A stretch of DNA of 64,000 nucleotides from an uncultured Actinomycetota bacterium (GCA_963770565.1 CAVYQE010000002.1:830949-894948); one strand, 5' to 3'. Positions 1 through 9,426 are shown, counted from the first letter of the stretch. Program-made: numbers and translations. Notes: generated from the letters alone by a model not told the origin.

Positions 1-433
1 GCTGCGGTTCACGCCGTCGGGTGCGGCGGTAGCGAAGTTCCGGATCGCATCGACGCCTCGATTCCTGGACAAGACCACCAACGAGTGGAAGGACGGCGAG
101 AGCCTGTTCCTGTCGTGCAACGTCTGGCGGCAGGCGGCCGAGAACGTCGCCGAGTCGCTGCAGCGCGGCATGCGGGTGATCGTCTCGGGCCGGCTCAAGC
201 AGCGCTCGTACGAGACCAAAGAGGGCGAGAAGCGCACGGTCTACGAGGTCGAGGTCGACGAGGTCGGCCCGTCCTTGCGCAATGCGACCGCGAAGGTCGT
301 GAAGGCCCAGCGCAGCGGCGGTGGGTCCTACTCCGGTTCCTCGGGCGGATCGGCCGGCGCGGCCCCGGCCGGGGACGACCCGTGGGCCACCCCGGCCTCC
401 GGCGGCGGGCTCACCGACGAGCCGCCGTTCTGA
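1..433 (+). CDS. ssb: Single-stranded DNA-binding protein (5' truncated by window)
   Basis: Frame from nt 2 reads [20 protein letters not shown]...[12 protein letters not shown]...[18 protein letters not shown], with a Gly-rich linker and C-terminal DEPPF tail; sits upstream of rpsR-rplI. Confidence 0.97.
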   Translation, partial: LRFTPSGAAVAKFRIASTPRFLDKTTNEWKDGESLFLSCNVWRQAAENVAESLQRGMRVIVSGRLKQRSYETKEGEKRTVYEVEVDEVGPSLRNATAKVVKAQRSGGGSYSGSSGGSAGAAPAGDDPWATPASGGGLTDEPPF

Positions 434-509
434 TCTGTCGCCGCTGAGGCGCGTTCCCCACCCGACCATCCCCTCGTGCTGAGGGGCTCGCACCGACTGG
501 AGCACCACG

Positions 510-746
510 ATGGCCAAGCCTGTCGTTCGAAAGCTGAAGAAGAAGGTCTGTCAGTTCTGCAAGGACAAGACCGCCTACATCGACTACAAGGACACCAACC
601 TGCTGCGGAAGTTCATCTCCGACCGCGGCAAGATCCGGGCCCGCCGGGTGACCGGCAACTGCTCGCAGCACCAGCGCGACATCGCGATCGCGGTCAAGAA
701 CAGCCGCGAGATGGCGCTGCTTCCCTACACCAGCACGGCGCGCTGA
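510..746 (+). CDS. rpsR: 30S ribosomal protein S18 (Cys-containing, zinc-binding form)
   Basis: KKKVCQFC...[33 protein letters not shown]...REMALLPY; synteny with ssb and rplI. Confidence 0.98.
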   Translation: MAKPVVRKLKKKVCQFCKDKTAYIDYKDTNLLRKFISDRGKIRARRVTGNCSQHQRDIAIAVKNSREMALLPYTSTAR

Positions 747-757
747 GGGGCACTGAG

Positions 758-1207
758 ATGAAACTGATTCTCACTCAGCAGGTCACCGGCCTCGGTGAGC
801 CGGGTGACGTGGTCGAGGTGAAGGACGGCTACGGCCGCAACTTCCTCGTCCCGCGCGGCCTCGCGATGCGCTGGACCAAGGGCGGCGAGAGCCAGGTCGC
901 GGCGCTTCGCCGTGGCCGCGAGGTCCACGACATCCGCTCCTTGAGCGAGGCCCGCGAGCTTGCCGGCCAGCTTGCCGCGTTGCAGGTCACGCTGGCTTCG
1001 CGCGCCGGTGCCGGTGGCCGGCTGTTCGGCTCGGTGACCACCGCCGACGTCGTCGAGGCGGTCAGCGCCGCGGGCGGCCCCAAGCTCGATCGGCGCCGGC
1101 TCGAGCTGCCGAGCGCCCACATCAAGACCGTGGGCACCCACCCGGTCTCGGTGCGGCTGCACCCCGAGGTGACCGCCTCGGTGACGGTGGAGGTCGTCCC
1201 GGCCTGA
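758..1207 (+). CDS. rplI: 50S ribosomal protein L9
   Basis: [34 protein letters not shown]...GRLFGSVT; start re-called to ATG 758 inside ORF 476..1207. Confidence 0.98.
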   Translation: MKLILTQQVTGLGEPGDVVEVKDGYGRNFLVPRGLAMRWTKGGESQVAALRRGREVHDIRSLSEARELAGQLAALQVTLASRAGAGGRLFGSVTTADVVEAVSAAGGPKLDRRRLELPSAHIKTVGTHPVSVRLHPEVTASVTVEVVPA

Positions 1208-1358
1208 CCGCCGGCCCGGGCCGGGTGGCGTTTGCCGGTCGTTGGTCCGGTGTTCGCCGCCCCGAGGTGCGGCGTAGCGTCGACAATCCTTTGGGCACAC
1301 ACCTGTGAACCGGCGTCTTCGCAGGTCGCCACGCGTGTCGCCGGGTCGATCAACAGCA

Positions 1359-1434
1359 TCGTCCACACCTGTGCACAGATTCGTGCACAGCGCCACGACG
1401 GGGCGTGCACACCGCCTGCACACCGGCGTCCACA
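1359..1434 (+). promoter_or_regulatory. Cluster of degenerate DnaA-box-like 9-mers upstream of dnaB
   Basis: TCGTCCACA (1359), CTGTGCACA (1369), TCGTGCACA (1381), GCGTGCACA (1403), GCCTGCACA (1414), GCGTCCACA (1426); all same orientation and similar to the actinobacterial DnaA box TTGTCCACA. Confidence 0.55.
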
Positions 1435-1565
1435 CCACGGGCAAACTGCTCGGTTCCAAGCGGGTCGCAGCGTGCGCCACCGACCTAACGTCTCGAGGAG
1501 CCTGTCGTACCCGGGTGCTTGCGTAACGGGGGACAGTACGGCGAGTCGGGGAGGCAGGTTCAGCA

Positions 1566-2942
1566 GTGAGCATCGCCGACGTTGTATCGATGCCGAGTGG
1601 GCCGCGCATCGACATCGACCGCACTCCGCCACAGGACATCCTTGCCGAGCAGTGCGTGCTCGGCGGGATGCTGTTGAGCAAGGACGCGATCGCCGATGTC
1701 GTCGAGGTCCTGCGGCCGAGCGACTTCTACCGGCCGGTGCACCAGACGATCTACGACTCGATCATCGACCTGTACGGCAAGGGCGAGCCGGCTGACCCGG
1801 TGACGGTTGCGGCCGAGCTGACCCGGCTCGGCACGCTCGAGCGGACCGGCGGCGGGCCCTACCTCCACACCCTGATCGAGTCGGTGCCGACCGCGGCCAA
1901 CGCCGGCTATTACGCCCAGATCGTGCGCGAGCGGGCGATCCTGCGCCGGCTGGTCGATGCTGGCACGAAGGTCGTGCAGCTCGGGTACGGCGCGGCCGGC
2001 GGTGCGGGGGGCGACGTCGACGACGTGGTCGACCGAGCCCAGGCCGCGGTCTACGAGGTGGTCGAGCGCCGGACCAGCGAGGACTACGTCGGGCTCGAGG
2101 ACGCGATGATGTCCACGCTCGCCGAGCTCGAGGCGATCCAGACCCACCAGGGCGCGCTGTCCGGCGTACCGACCGGGTTCCGCGACCTCGACGAGCTGAC
2201 CAACGGGCTGCACCCGGGTCAGCTCGTCGTGATCGCCGGCCGGCCCGGTCTCGGCAAGTCCACCCTCGGCATGGACATGATGCGGGCCGCATCGATCCGC
2301 ACCCGGCTCGCCTCGGTGCTGTTCTCCCTCGAGATGGGCAAGAGCGAGATCACCATGCGGATGCTCTCGGCCGAGGCTCGGGTGCAGCTGCAGCGGATGC
2401 GCACCGGCGGCATGTCCGACGACGACTGGACCCGGATGGCCCGGCGGATGAGCGAGGTCGCCGACGCGCCGATGTTCATCGACGACTCGCCCAACCTGAC
2501 CATGATGGAGATCCGGGCGAAGTCCCGCCGGCTCAAGCAGCGGCACGACCTCAAGCTCATCGTCGTGGACTACCTCCAGCTGATGACGAGCCCGAGGCGG
2601 GTCGAGAGCCGCCAGCAGGAAGTCGCCGAGATGAGCCGGTCGCTGAAGTTGCTCGCCAAGGAGCTCGACGTTCCCGTGGTCGCGATCAGCCAGCTCAACC
2701 GTGGTGCCGAGCAGCGCGCGGACAAGAAGCCGCAGCTGTCCGACCTGCGGGAGTCCGGCGCGATCGAGCAGGACGCCGACATTGTGATCCTGCTGCACCG
2801 CGAGGATGCCTACGAGCGGGAGTCACCCCGCGCCGGCGAGGCAGACCTGATCGTGGCCAAGAACCGCAACGGCCCCACCAAGGAGATCGCGGTGTCGTCG
2901 AAGTTGCATTACTCATGCTTCGTCGACATGCAGAGATCCTGA
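1566..2942 (+). CDS. dnaB: Replicative DNA helicase DnaB (no intein)
   Basis: PPQDILAEQCVLGGMLLS, Walker A GRPGLGKS, FSLEM, VVDYLQLM, SQLNR, DLRESGAIEQDAD, AKNRNGP. Confidence 0.98.
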   Translation: MSIADVVSMPSGPRIDIDRTPPQDILAEQCVLGGMLLSKDAIADVVEVLRPSDFYRPVHQTIYDSIIDLYGKGEPADPVTVAAELTRLGTLERTGGGPYLHTLIESVPTAANAGYYAQIVRERAILRRLVDAGTKVVQLGYGAAGGAGGDVDDVVDRAQAAVYEVVERRTSEDYVGLEDAMMSTLAELEAIQTHQGALSGVPTGFRDLDELTNGLHPGQLVVIAGRPGLGKSTLGMDMMRAASIRTRLASVLFSLEMGKSEITMRMLSAEARVQLQRMRTGGMSDDDWTRMARRMSEVADAPMFIDDSPNLTMMEIRAKSRRLKQRHDLKLIVVDYLQLMTSPRRVESRQQEVAEMSRSLKLLAKELDVPVVAISQLNRGAEQRADKKPQLSDLRESGAIEQDADIVILLHREDAYERESPRAGEADLIVAKNRNGPTKEIAVSSKLHYSCFVDMQRS

Positions 2943-2971
2943 CGCTCAGATCCTCGCTCGCGGCGTTTTCC

Positions 2972-3105
2972 CTCGCTTGCGTGCTTCAGCACGCGGCGCT
3001 CGGTGCGGCCTTGCGAGCAAGAATCTGACCGCCAGGCTCGGCCGTGCGGTTCGGTGTCTCTCGCTTGCGGCTTCGAAGCACGCGGCGCTCGGTGCGGCCT
3101 TGCGA
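2972..3105. repeat. Two imperfect ~45-bp direct repeats downstream of dnaB
   Basis: CTCGCTTGCG(T)GCTTC(GA)AGCACGCGGCGCTCGGTGCGGCCTTGCGA at 2972-3016 and 3060-3105. Confidence 0.85.
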
Positions 3106-3143
3106 TCGACCACCTGAGCACCCGCCTAGCGCGCGACTGCGTT

Positions 3144-3227
3144 CCAAGCAATGTCACATTGCCCCCACTTTGTGGGGGGCAATGCGACATCACCCCCGGG
3201 AAAGGCTGGGCAATGACACATTGCTTT
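3144..3227. repeat. Dispersed ~85-bp palindromic element, copy 1 (three 15-bp motifs, 31-bp period)
   Basis: GCAATGTCACATTGC 3148, GCAATGCGACATCAC 3179, GCAATGACACATTGC 3210; homologous to 8466-8552 and 41918-42003. Confidence 0.9.
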
Positions 3228-3302
3228 CGGGGGGCACCGAATCCGGTTCGGATCGTGATCGTTAGCATCGGGTGACCGAGCGCGCACTCCTGTCGCGCCA
3301 GC

Positions 3303-4649
3303 GTGGTGAGGTGCGACAGCGGCGTGGCCGACTCATTCCCCGACGACACCTCACGTCCTGCTGCCTCGGTCTCACCCGAATCCCTGCGGATTGCGCTGCT
3401 GTCCTACCGCAGCAAGCCGCACTGCGGCGGTCAGGGTGTGTACGTCCGGCACCTCTCGCGCGAGCTGGTCGAGCTCGGCCACCAGGTCGAGGTCATCAGC
3501 GGCCAGCCCTACCCGCGGCTCGACCCGGGTCCCGAGCTGCTGGAGCTGCCGAGCCTCGACCTCTATCGCGAGCCGGATCCCTTCCGTACGCCGAACTGGC
3601 GCGAGATCCGGGACTGGATCGACGTGGCCGAGGTCCTCTCGATGTGGACCGGCGGTTTCCCCGAGCCGCTGACCTTCTCGCTGCGAGCGGCCCGGCTGAT
3701 GCGCTCGCGCGCCTCCGAGTTCGACGTGGTGCACGACAACCAGACCCTCGGCTACGGGATGCTCTCGCTCGGCAAGGCCGGGCTTCCGCTGATCGCGACC
3801 GTGCACCACCCGGTCAGCGTGGATCGAGTCGTCGAGATCGCGAACGCGCCCAACCTGCGGCAGCGGCTCGGCAAGCACCGCTGGTACACGTTTACCCGCA
3901 TGCAGGGCCGGGTGGCCCGCCGGATGACCTCGCTCGTTACGGTCTCGACCAACTCCGCGGCCGACATCGTGCGCGACTTCCGGGTCAGCCCCGAGGTGAT
4001 GCGGGTCGTCCCGATCGGGGTCGACACGCTCACCTTCCGGCCACCGAGCGTGCCGCGGGTGCCGGGCCGGATCGTCGCGGTGTCGAGCTCCGACAGCCCG
4101 ATTAAGGGCGTCAAGGTGTTGCTCGAGGCGGTCGCGAAGCTGCGGACCGGGCACGACGTCGAGCTCGTGGTGGTCGGCACGCCGCGCCCGGAGGGTCCGG
4201 TCGCAAGAGCGGTCGAGGACCTCGGCTTGGCCGATGTGGCCCGGTTCGTGGCCGGGCTCACCGACGACGGCATCGCCGCGCTGCTCGGCTCGGCCGAGAT
4301 CGCGGTGGTCCCATCGCTCTACGAGGGGTTCTCGATCCCGGCGGTGGAGGCGATGGCGTGCGGTACGCCGCTGATCGCGAGCCGGGCCGGCGCGCTCCCC
4401 GAGGTCGTCGGCGACGACGGGGTCTCGGCGGTGCTGTTCGAGCCGGGCGACGCCGCGGATCTGGCTGACAAGCTCGGTGCGCTCTTCGACGACGACGAGC
4501 GGCGGCTCGCCCTCGGTGCGGCCGGCCGCCGCCGGGTGGAGCAGTCCTACAGCTGGCGTCGGGTCGCGGAGTCGATGGTCGAGGTCTATCGCGACGCGAT
4601 CGCCGCGAAGGCGGCGAGCATCGCTGCCGCGCGCGGGTCGAGGCGGTAG
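3303..4649 (+). CDS. Glycosyltransferase family 4 (GT-B)
   Basis: LRIALLSYRSKPHCGGQGVY N-terminus; C-terminal PSLYEGFSIPAVEAMACGTP (E-x7-E) motif. Exact start uncertain. Confidence 0.92.
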   Translation: MVRCDSGVADSFPDDTSRPAASVSPESLRIALLSYRSKPHCGGQGVYVRHLSRELVELGHQVEVISGQPYPRLDPGPELLELPSLDLYREPDPFRTPNWREIRDWIDVAEVLSMWTGGFPEPLTFSLRAARLMRSRASEFDVVHDNQTLGYGMLSLGKAGLPLIATVHHPVSVDRVVEIANAPNLRQRLGKHRWYTFTRMQGRVARRMTSLVTVSTNSAADIVRDFRVSPEVMRVVPIGVDTLTFRPPSVPRVPGRIVAVSSSDSPIKGVKVLLEAVAKLRTGHDVELVVVGTPRPEGPVARAVEDLGLADVARFVAGLTDDGIAALLGSAEIAVVPSLYEGFSIPAVEAMACGTPLIASRAGALPEVVGDDGVSAVLFEPGDAADLADKLGALFDDDERRLALGAAGRRRVEQSYSWRRVAESMVEVYRDAIAAKAASIAAARGSRR

Positions 4650-4657
4650 GTCGCGAC

Positions 4658-5392
4658 GTGCTGACAGTCGACTTCTCGCAGTTCCCGGTCTCGCCGGGTG
4701 ATCGGGTGCTCGACCTCGGTTGTGGTGGCGGCCGGCACGCCTTCGAGCTGTACCGCCGCGGGGCCAACGTGGTCGCGCTCGACCACGACGGGGATGAGTT
4801 GGCTGGCGTCGAGACGATGTTCGCGGCGATGCGCGCGGCCGGTGAGCCGCCGGCCGGCGCGACCGCGACGGTGGTGCAGGGCGACGTGCTCGCGCTGCCG
4901 TTCCCGAACGCCTCGTTCGACGCGGTGATCGCGGCCGAGGTGCTCGAGCACATCCCCGACGACGTCCGCGCGATGGCGGAGATCGCCCGCATCGTCCGGC
5001 CCGGTGGTCACGTCGCCGTGACCGTCCCGCGCTGGTGGCCGGAGCAGATCTGCTGGGCGCTGTCGCGCGAATATCACGAGGTGCCGGGCGGACACATCCG
5101 GATCTATCGAGGCGACCAGGTGACGTCGCGGCTGGCCGCGACCGGCCTCGAGCCTCGGGCCACGCATCACGCCCATGCGCTGCACTCGCCGTACTGGTGG
5201 CTCAACTGCGCGCTCGGCCGGGAGAGCCTGCCCTCCAAGGCATGGCACCGGATCCTGGTGTGGGACATCGTCAAGGCGCCGACCTTGACCCGCACCGCCG
5301 AGCGGTGGCTGAACCCGGTGATGGGCAAGAGCCTGGTCGTGTACGCGGACAAACCGGTCAACGGCTCGGGGCGGGCACATGCCCACGCCTGA
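4658..5392 (+). CDS. Class I SAM-dependent methyltransferase
   Basis: VLDLGCGGGRH motif I; GDVLALPFPNASFDAVIAAEVLEH; RPGG. Confidence 0.92.
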   Translation: MLTVDFSQFPVSPGDRVLDLGCGGGRHAFELYRRGANVVALDHDGDELAGVETMFAAMRAAGEPPAGATATVVQGDVLALPFPNASFDAVIAAEVLEHIPDDVRAMAEIARIVRPGGHVAVTVPRWWPEQICWALSREYHEVPGGHIRIYRGDQVTSRLAATGLEPRATHHAHALHSPYWWLNCALGRESLPSKAWHRILVWDIVKAPTLTRTAERWLNPVMGKSLVVYADKPVNGSGRAHAHA

Positions 5393-6452
5393 CCGGCTCG
5401 ACCGGGCCGACGTTCGCAGCAGCGCGGCTTCGATCGCGCGGGTGCAGGAGCCGAGCGGGGCGGTGCCGTGGTTCCCGGGCGGCCACGTCGATCCGTGGGA
5501 CCACATCGAGTGCGCGATGGCGCTGACGGTGGCCGGGATGCGCGACGAGGCGCGGGCCGCCTTTGAGTTCCTGCGCGAGACGCAGCGGCCGGACGGGTCG
5601 TGGCCGGCGAAGGTGATCGGCGGCGTGGTCGAGGACGCGTCGTTCGAGACCAACCAGTGCGCCTACATCGCGGTCGGGGTCTGGCATCACCTGTTGGTGA
5701 CCGGGGACGTGGACTTCGCGGCCCGGATGTGGCAGACCGTTCGCGACGCGCTCGACCTGGTGACCGGCTACGCCACCGACCGCGGCGAGATCTCGTGGTC
5801 GGTTGGCGCCGATGGCCGGCCCAGGCAGGAGGCGTTGCTGACCGGGTCGTCGTCGACGTACCACTCGCTTCGTTGTGGCTTGGCGCTGGCCGACCGGCTC
5901 GACATCCCGCAGCCGGAGTGGGAGATCGCGACCGGCCGGCTCGGCCACGTGATCGTCGAGCACCCCGAGGCCTTCCTCGACAAGTCCCGGTTCTCGATGG
6001 ACTGGTACTACCCGGTGCTCGGTGGCCCGGTGCGCGGCGCCGCCGGTCGGGAGCGACTGGCGAGTCGATGGGACGGCTTCGTGGTCCCCGGCCTCGGCAT
6101 CCGCTGCGTCGACGACGAGCCATGGGTGACCGGCGCCGAGACGGCCGAGCTGGTCATCGCACTGGACGCGGTCGGCATGACCGATCGCGCTGCCGCGCTA
6201 TTCGCCGACGTCCAGCACCTCCGCACCGACGACGGGTCGTACTGGACCGGTTGGCAATATGCGGCCGAGGTCAACTGGCCGGCTGAGCAGTCAACCTGGA
6301 CGGCGGCCGCAGTGATCCTCGCGGCGGACGCGCTGCTCGGCATGACGCCGGGCAACGCGGTGTTCGTCGGAGCCGACCTTCCGTGGGGTGTCGGCCTCGG
6401 CACGATGTCGTGCGGGTGCGCGTCGTCAGACGCCGCGACCGCGCGACGCTAG
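5379..6452 (+). CDS. Prenyltransferase/squalene-cyclase-repeat-like (alpha/alpha barrel) protein of unknown function
   Basis: QEPSGAVPW, QRPDGSW and RTDDGSYW QW-like repeats; DPWDHIECAMAL, SMDWYYPVLGG; overlaps the upstream methyltransferase stop. Confidence 0.7.
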   Translation: MPTPDRLDRADVRSSAASIARVQEPSGAVPWFPGGHVDPWDHIECAMALTVAGMRDEARAAFEFLRETQRPDGSWPAKVIGGVVEDASFETNQCAYIAVGVWHHLLVTGDVDFAARMWQTVRDALDLVTGYATDRGEISWSVGADGRPRQEALLTGSSSTYHSLRCGLALADRLDIPQPEWEIATGRLGHVIVEHPEAFLDKSRFSMDWYYPVLGGPVRGAAGRERLASRWDGFVVPGLGIRCVDDEPWVTGAETAELVIALDAVGMTDRAAALFADVQHLRTDDGSYWTGWQYAAEVNWPAEQSTWTAAAVILAADALLGMTPGNAVFVGADLPWGVGLGTMSCGCASSDAATARR

Positions 6453-7096
6453 CTGCGGCGCAGGATCCGCAGGCTGCCGACCTGGCGCGCTCCGCTGAAA
6501 CCGTCTTCGAGTGCGCGCAGATAGACGTGGTACGGCGCCTGACCGCCGTCCGCCGGGTGCTCGAAGACGTCGTGAATCGCCAGAACCCCTTGTGGGACAA
6601 CGAATTCGGCCCACCCGGTGTAGTCGTTCTGCGCATGCTCCTCGGCGTGACCGCCGTCGATGAACAGCATTGCCAGCGGCGTCGACCACAGCGCTGCGAC
6701 CGTCGTACTGCGTCCGATGATCGCGGTGACCACGTCCTCGAGGCCCGCGTCGTGCATGGTGCGGCGGAAGAACGGCAGGGTGTCCATCACCCCGGTGTCG
6801 GGGTCGACCAATGATGCGTCGTGATGCTCCCAACCGGCCTGATTCTCCTCGGAGCCGTGGTGGTGGTCGATCGTCACCACCCGGCCGCCGCGCGCCTGCG
6901 CGGCCGCGCCCAGCCAGGTCGCCGACTTGCCGCAATAGCTGCCGATCTCGAGGATGACGCCGACCGGCGCCATCGCCCACGCGGCATCCCAGAGCGCCTC
7001 GGCTTCAGCCTCGGGCATGAAGCCCCGAGCGTCGTCCGCGATCTGCTTGAGCCGCGAGTCGATCCGGACCGGCGCGACGGCCGCTGGGTCGTCCAT
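6449..7096 (-). CDS. Class I SAM-dependent methyltransferase (Methyltransf_24-like)
   Basis: ILEIGSYCGKSA, TIDHHHGSEE, LFIDGGH, IHDVF; probably leaderless (TAGGGT 7 nt before ATG). Confidence 0.88.
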   Translation of the reverse strand: MDDPAAVAPVRIDSRLKQIADDARGFMPEAEAEALWDAAWAMAPVGVILEIGSYCGKSATWLGAAAQARGGRVVTIDHHHGSEENQAGWEHHDASLVDPDTGVMDTLPFFRRTMHDAGLEDVVTAIIGRSTTVAALWSTPLAMLFIDGGHAEEHAQNDYTGWAEFVVPQGVLAIHDVFEHPADGGQAPYHVYLRALEDGFSGARQVGSLRILRRS

Positions 7097-7156
7097 CCGT
7101 AGAACCCTACGGCGGTTACCCAGCGGCCATCGCGGCGTCGGTGCGTTCGCGAAAGG

Positions 7157-7861
7157 TCAGCCTTCGCCCTGCAGCGCGTTGCTCGTGACGTGCACGCCTT
7201 CGGCGAACGCGACGATCTGGTCCGCGGACCAGTGCAACGCGAGCGGCGCCTGGATGACCACGCCGAATCCGGACGGGTCGTTGTAGGTCAAGTTCTCGCC
7301 GTACTTGCCTTGGTCGCTCACTACGCCCGGCTGTCCGTCGACCGTCACCGGAGTGCCAGGGGGCAGGTGGTGGACGTCCTTCGACTGGGTGAGCACCGCG
7401 AGCTTGCCCTCGAAGGCATCCGGGTCGTTGTCGGTGCTGCCGTCGGGGTCTATCAGCAACGCGTACTGCGTCGACGTCGAGAGGAACCAGCCGGCCGGGA
7501 CCTTGTCGACGGTGAAGCCGTTGAGCTGCTTCCCGTCGTAGGAGACCAGCTTCACCGCGGCCTTACGGGTGTGCACCTGCGGCTTGGTCTTGTGGTGCGG
7601 GCTCGGGGCGACCGCTCCCGGCTGCTTCTGGGTCTGCCGCTTCGGTGCCGACCCGTTGCCGGCCTGTGTCGCGACGACCGCGATGACGGCCGCGGCGGCG
7701 ATTGTCGCCGTGGTTGCCATCGACCGGCGGATCGTCCGCCGGCGGTGGTCGCGGGCAAGAGCCCGGTGGCCGCGAACGAGATCGGCCTCGATGGTCCCGG
7801 CCGCGGCCTCGTCGTCGATGTGGGGCGCGACGCGCTTGAACAGTTCGGTGATGTCACTCAT
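7157..7861 (-). CDS. Membrane-anchored protein, probable anti-sigma factor
   Basis: Short cytoplasmic N-terminus, Arg-rich stretch, then one hydrophobic helix (IAAAAVIAVVA) and an extracellular domain; ATGA overlap with the upstream ECF sigma gene. Confidence 0.6.
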   Translation of the reverse strand: MSDITELFKRVAPHIDDEAAAGTIEADLVRGHRALARDHRRRTIRRSMATTATIAAAAVIAVVATQAGNGSAPKRQTQKQPGAVAPSPHHKTKPQVHTRKAAVKLVSYDGKQLNGFTVDKVPAGWFLSTSTQYALLIDPDGSTDNDPDAFEGKLAVLTQSKDVHHLPPGTPVTVDGQPGVVSDQGKYGENLTYNDPSGFGVVIQAPLALHWSADQIVAFAEGVHVTSNALQGEG

Positions 7862-8445
7862 GTCGATCCTCGATAGGTAGTGCGGACGGTGTCGTCGACG
7901 TGCCGGGGATCAACCGAGAGATCGAGCTCGGTAGGCAGGTCGGAGGGTGCAAGCAGATCGGGGCTGAGGGCGACGCGCAGCTGGGCGAGGCCGCGCGCGG
8001 TCTGGCTCTTGACCGTGCCTTCGCTGCAGTTCAGCGCGTCGGCGGTCTCGGCGACGCTGAGCTCGGACAGATGGCGAAGGACTACCGCCGCCCGCATTCT
8101 CGGCGGCAGCTCGGCGAGCGCGGCGAAGACCGCCGTCTCGGCCGGGTCCGTGGCCGGCGCCTCGGTCGCGACCACTTCGGGCAGCTCGGCATGGGCGCGT
8201 TCATGCCGGGCGAACGCCCGCCGCCGGGAGTCGATCAGCGCGTTGAGCAGCGCCTTGCGGGTATACGCATCGATCGTCTCCGGCCGCACCCGCGGCCAGG
8301 CGACGTACAAGCGCATCAGGGCGGTCTGGACCAGGTCCTCGGCCGCGAACCGGTCGCCGGAGGCGAGGAAGGTCGCGATCCGGACCAGCTGGCCGCGGCT
8401 GGACGCGACGTACGCGCGGAACTGCTCGTCGCGGCTGCTGGTCAC
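7858..8445 (-). CDS. ECF RNA polymerase sigma factor (SigE-type family)
   Basis: AEDLVQTALMRLYVAWPRV (region 2); LPPRMRAAVVLRH...VAETADALNCSEGTVKSQTARGL (region 4); start re-called to GTG 8445. Confidence 0.93.
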   Translation of the reverse strand: MTSSRDEQFRAYVASSRGQLVRIATFLASGDRFAAEDLVQTALMRLYVAWPRVRPETIDAYTRKALLNALIDSRRRAFARHERAHAELPEVVATEAPATDPAETAVFAALAELPPRMRAAVVLRHLSELSVAETADALNCSEGTVKSQTARGLAQLRVALSPDLLAPSDLPTELDLSVDPRHVDDTVRTTYRGST

Positions 8446-8465
8446 CTCGGCCCTTCCCGGTGGGC

Positions 8466-8552
8466 CCAAAGCAATGTCACATTGCCCCGCACTTCGTGGG
8501 GGCACTGTGACATCACCCCGCATTGTGCCGGGGCAATGTGACATTGCTTTGG
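8466..8552. repeat. Dispersed ~85-bp palindromic element, copy 2
   Basis: CCAAAGCAATGTCACATTGCCC...GGGCAATGTGACATTGCTTTGG terminal inverted repeat; motifs at 8471, 8502, 8533. Confidence 0.9.
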
Positions 8553-8640
8553 CGGTTCGTGGTCGGCCCACACGTCGGATATACGGCGTACGGCGCTCAA
8601 GGGTTGCATCGCCGGCACAGCGGCCGGAACGGCCGCTCGG

Positions 8641-9426
8641 TCAGGACTCGGCGGTCAGCGCGAGCTGCCGCGCCTGGGCGACCAGCCGCCCGGTCGAGTC
8701 CCAGACCGCGGCCTCCTCGTCGAACCACCCGCCGGCCAGCTGATGCGCGCGGCTCTCGACCAGCAGCCAGCCGGGCGCTGGCAGGCCGCGGACGAGGGTG
8801 GTCAGCTCGACGGTCGGCGCCCAGCCGATCCGGTCCAGGTTGAACACCGTCGGCGGCCCGCTGTCGGCCGCGAGCAGCACGGTGCGCACGTCCGGGTCTG
8901 AGCCGTCGCGCAGCCGGAACCAGAACCGGATCACCGGCTCACCGGTCGCGACCGGGAACGGTGCGGTCGCCGGGTCTACCCGCAGCTCGATGTGCTCGAA
9001 GAGTTCGACGTCGAAGTGCGGGTTGTAGCTCGCCACGCAGTCCTCGGGCGTCGGCATCGTGGGTGCGGGCGCAGAGTTCCACTCGATGGGCGCGTCGTGG
9101 ACCAGCGCGCCGCTGGTCACGAGTGCCTCGATGCACGGCTTGCCGCCCTGCCAGATCGACGCCCGCGAGGTGCTGACCCGGCGGCCGTGGCGCAGCGCTT
9201 CGGCCCGCACCTCGACCGGCCCGGCCGAGGGCGCGCGCAGGTAGTGGGCCGAGACCGCCAGCGGGTCAGGCGTGTCCACGACGTCGCAGGCGGCCCGGGC
9301 CAGGATCGCGAGCAGGTAACCGCCGTTGGGCTTGCCGACGATGGCCCAGCCGGGGTGCAGGTCGGCGTCGTAGCTGCCGGAGTCGCCGCGCCGACGGATC
9401 GCGGTGACGTCGTCGAAGTCGCTCAC
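8641..9426 (-). CDS. Thioesterase family protein (double hot-dog, TesB-like)
   Basis: WAIVGKPNGGYLLA, SAHYLR, DSGPP, GWAPTVELT, WDSTGRLVAQARQLA; start re-called to GTG 9426. Confidence 0.88.
   Translation of the reverse strand: MSDFDDVTAIRRRGDSGSYDADLHPGWAIVGKPNGGYLLAILARAACDVVDTPDPLAVSAHYLRAPSAGPVEVRAEALRHGRRVSTSRASIWQGGKPCIEALVTSGALVHDAPIEWNSAPAPTMPTPEDCVASYNPHFDVELFEHIELRVDPATAPFPVATGEPVIRFWFRLRDGSDPDVRTVLLAADSGPPTVFNLDRIGWAPTVELTTLVRGLPAPGWLLVESRAHQLAGGWFDEEAAVWDSTGRLVAQARQLALTAES

Noticed and set aside
1566-2942. Intein in DnaB
   Set aside because: 458 aa with contiguous helicase motifs; no insertion.
3148-3224. CRP/GlxR sites in the TGTGA/TCACA-containing motifs
   Set aside because: No TGTGA-N6-TCACA spacing, and one copy lies between convergent genes.
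3144-3227. CRISPR mini-array interpretation of the 31-bp-period repeats
   Set aside because: Repeats are 15 bp with 16-bp hairpin spacers, only three units per copy, and no cas genes in the window; dimensions do not fit CRISPR.
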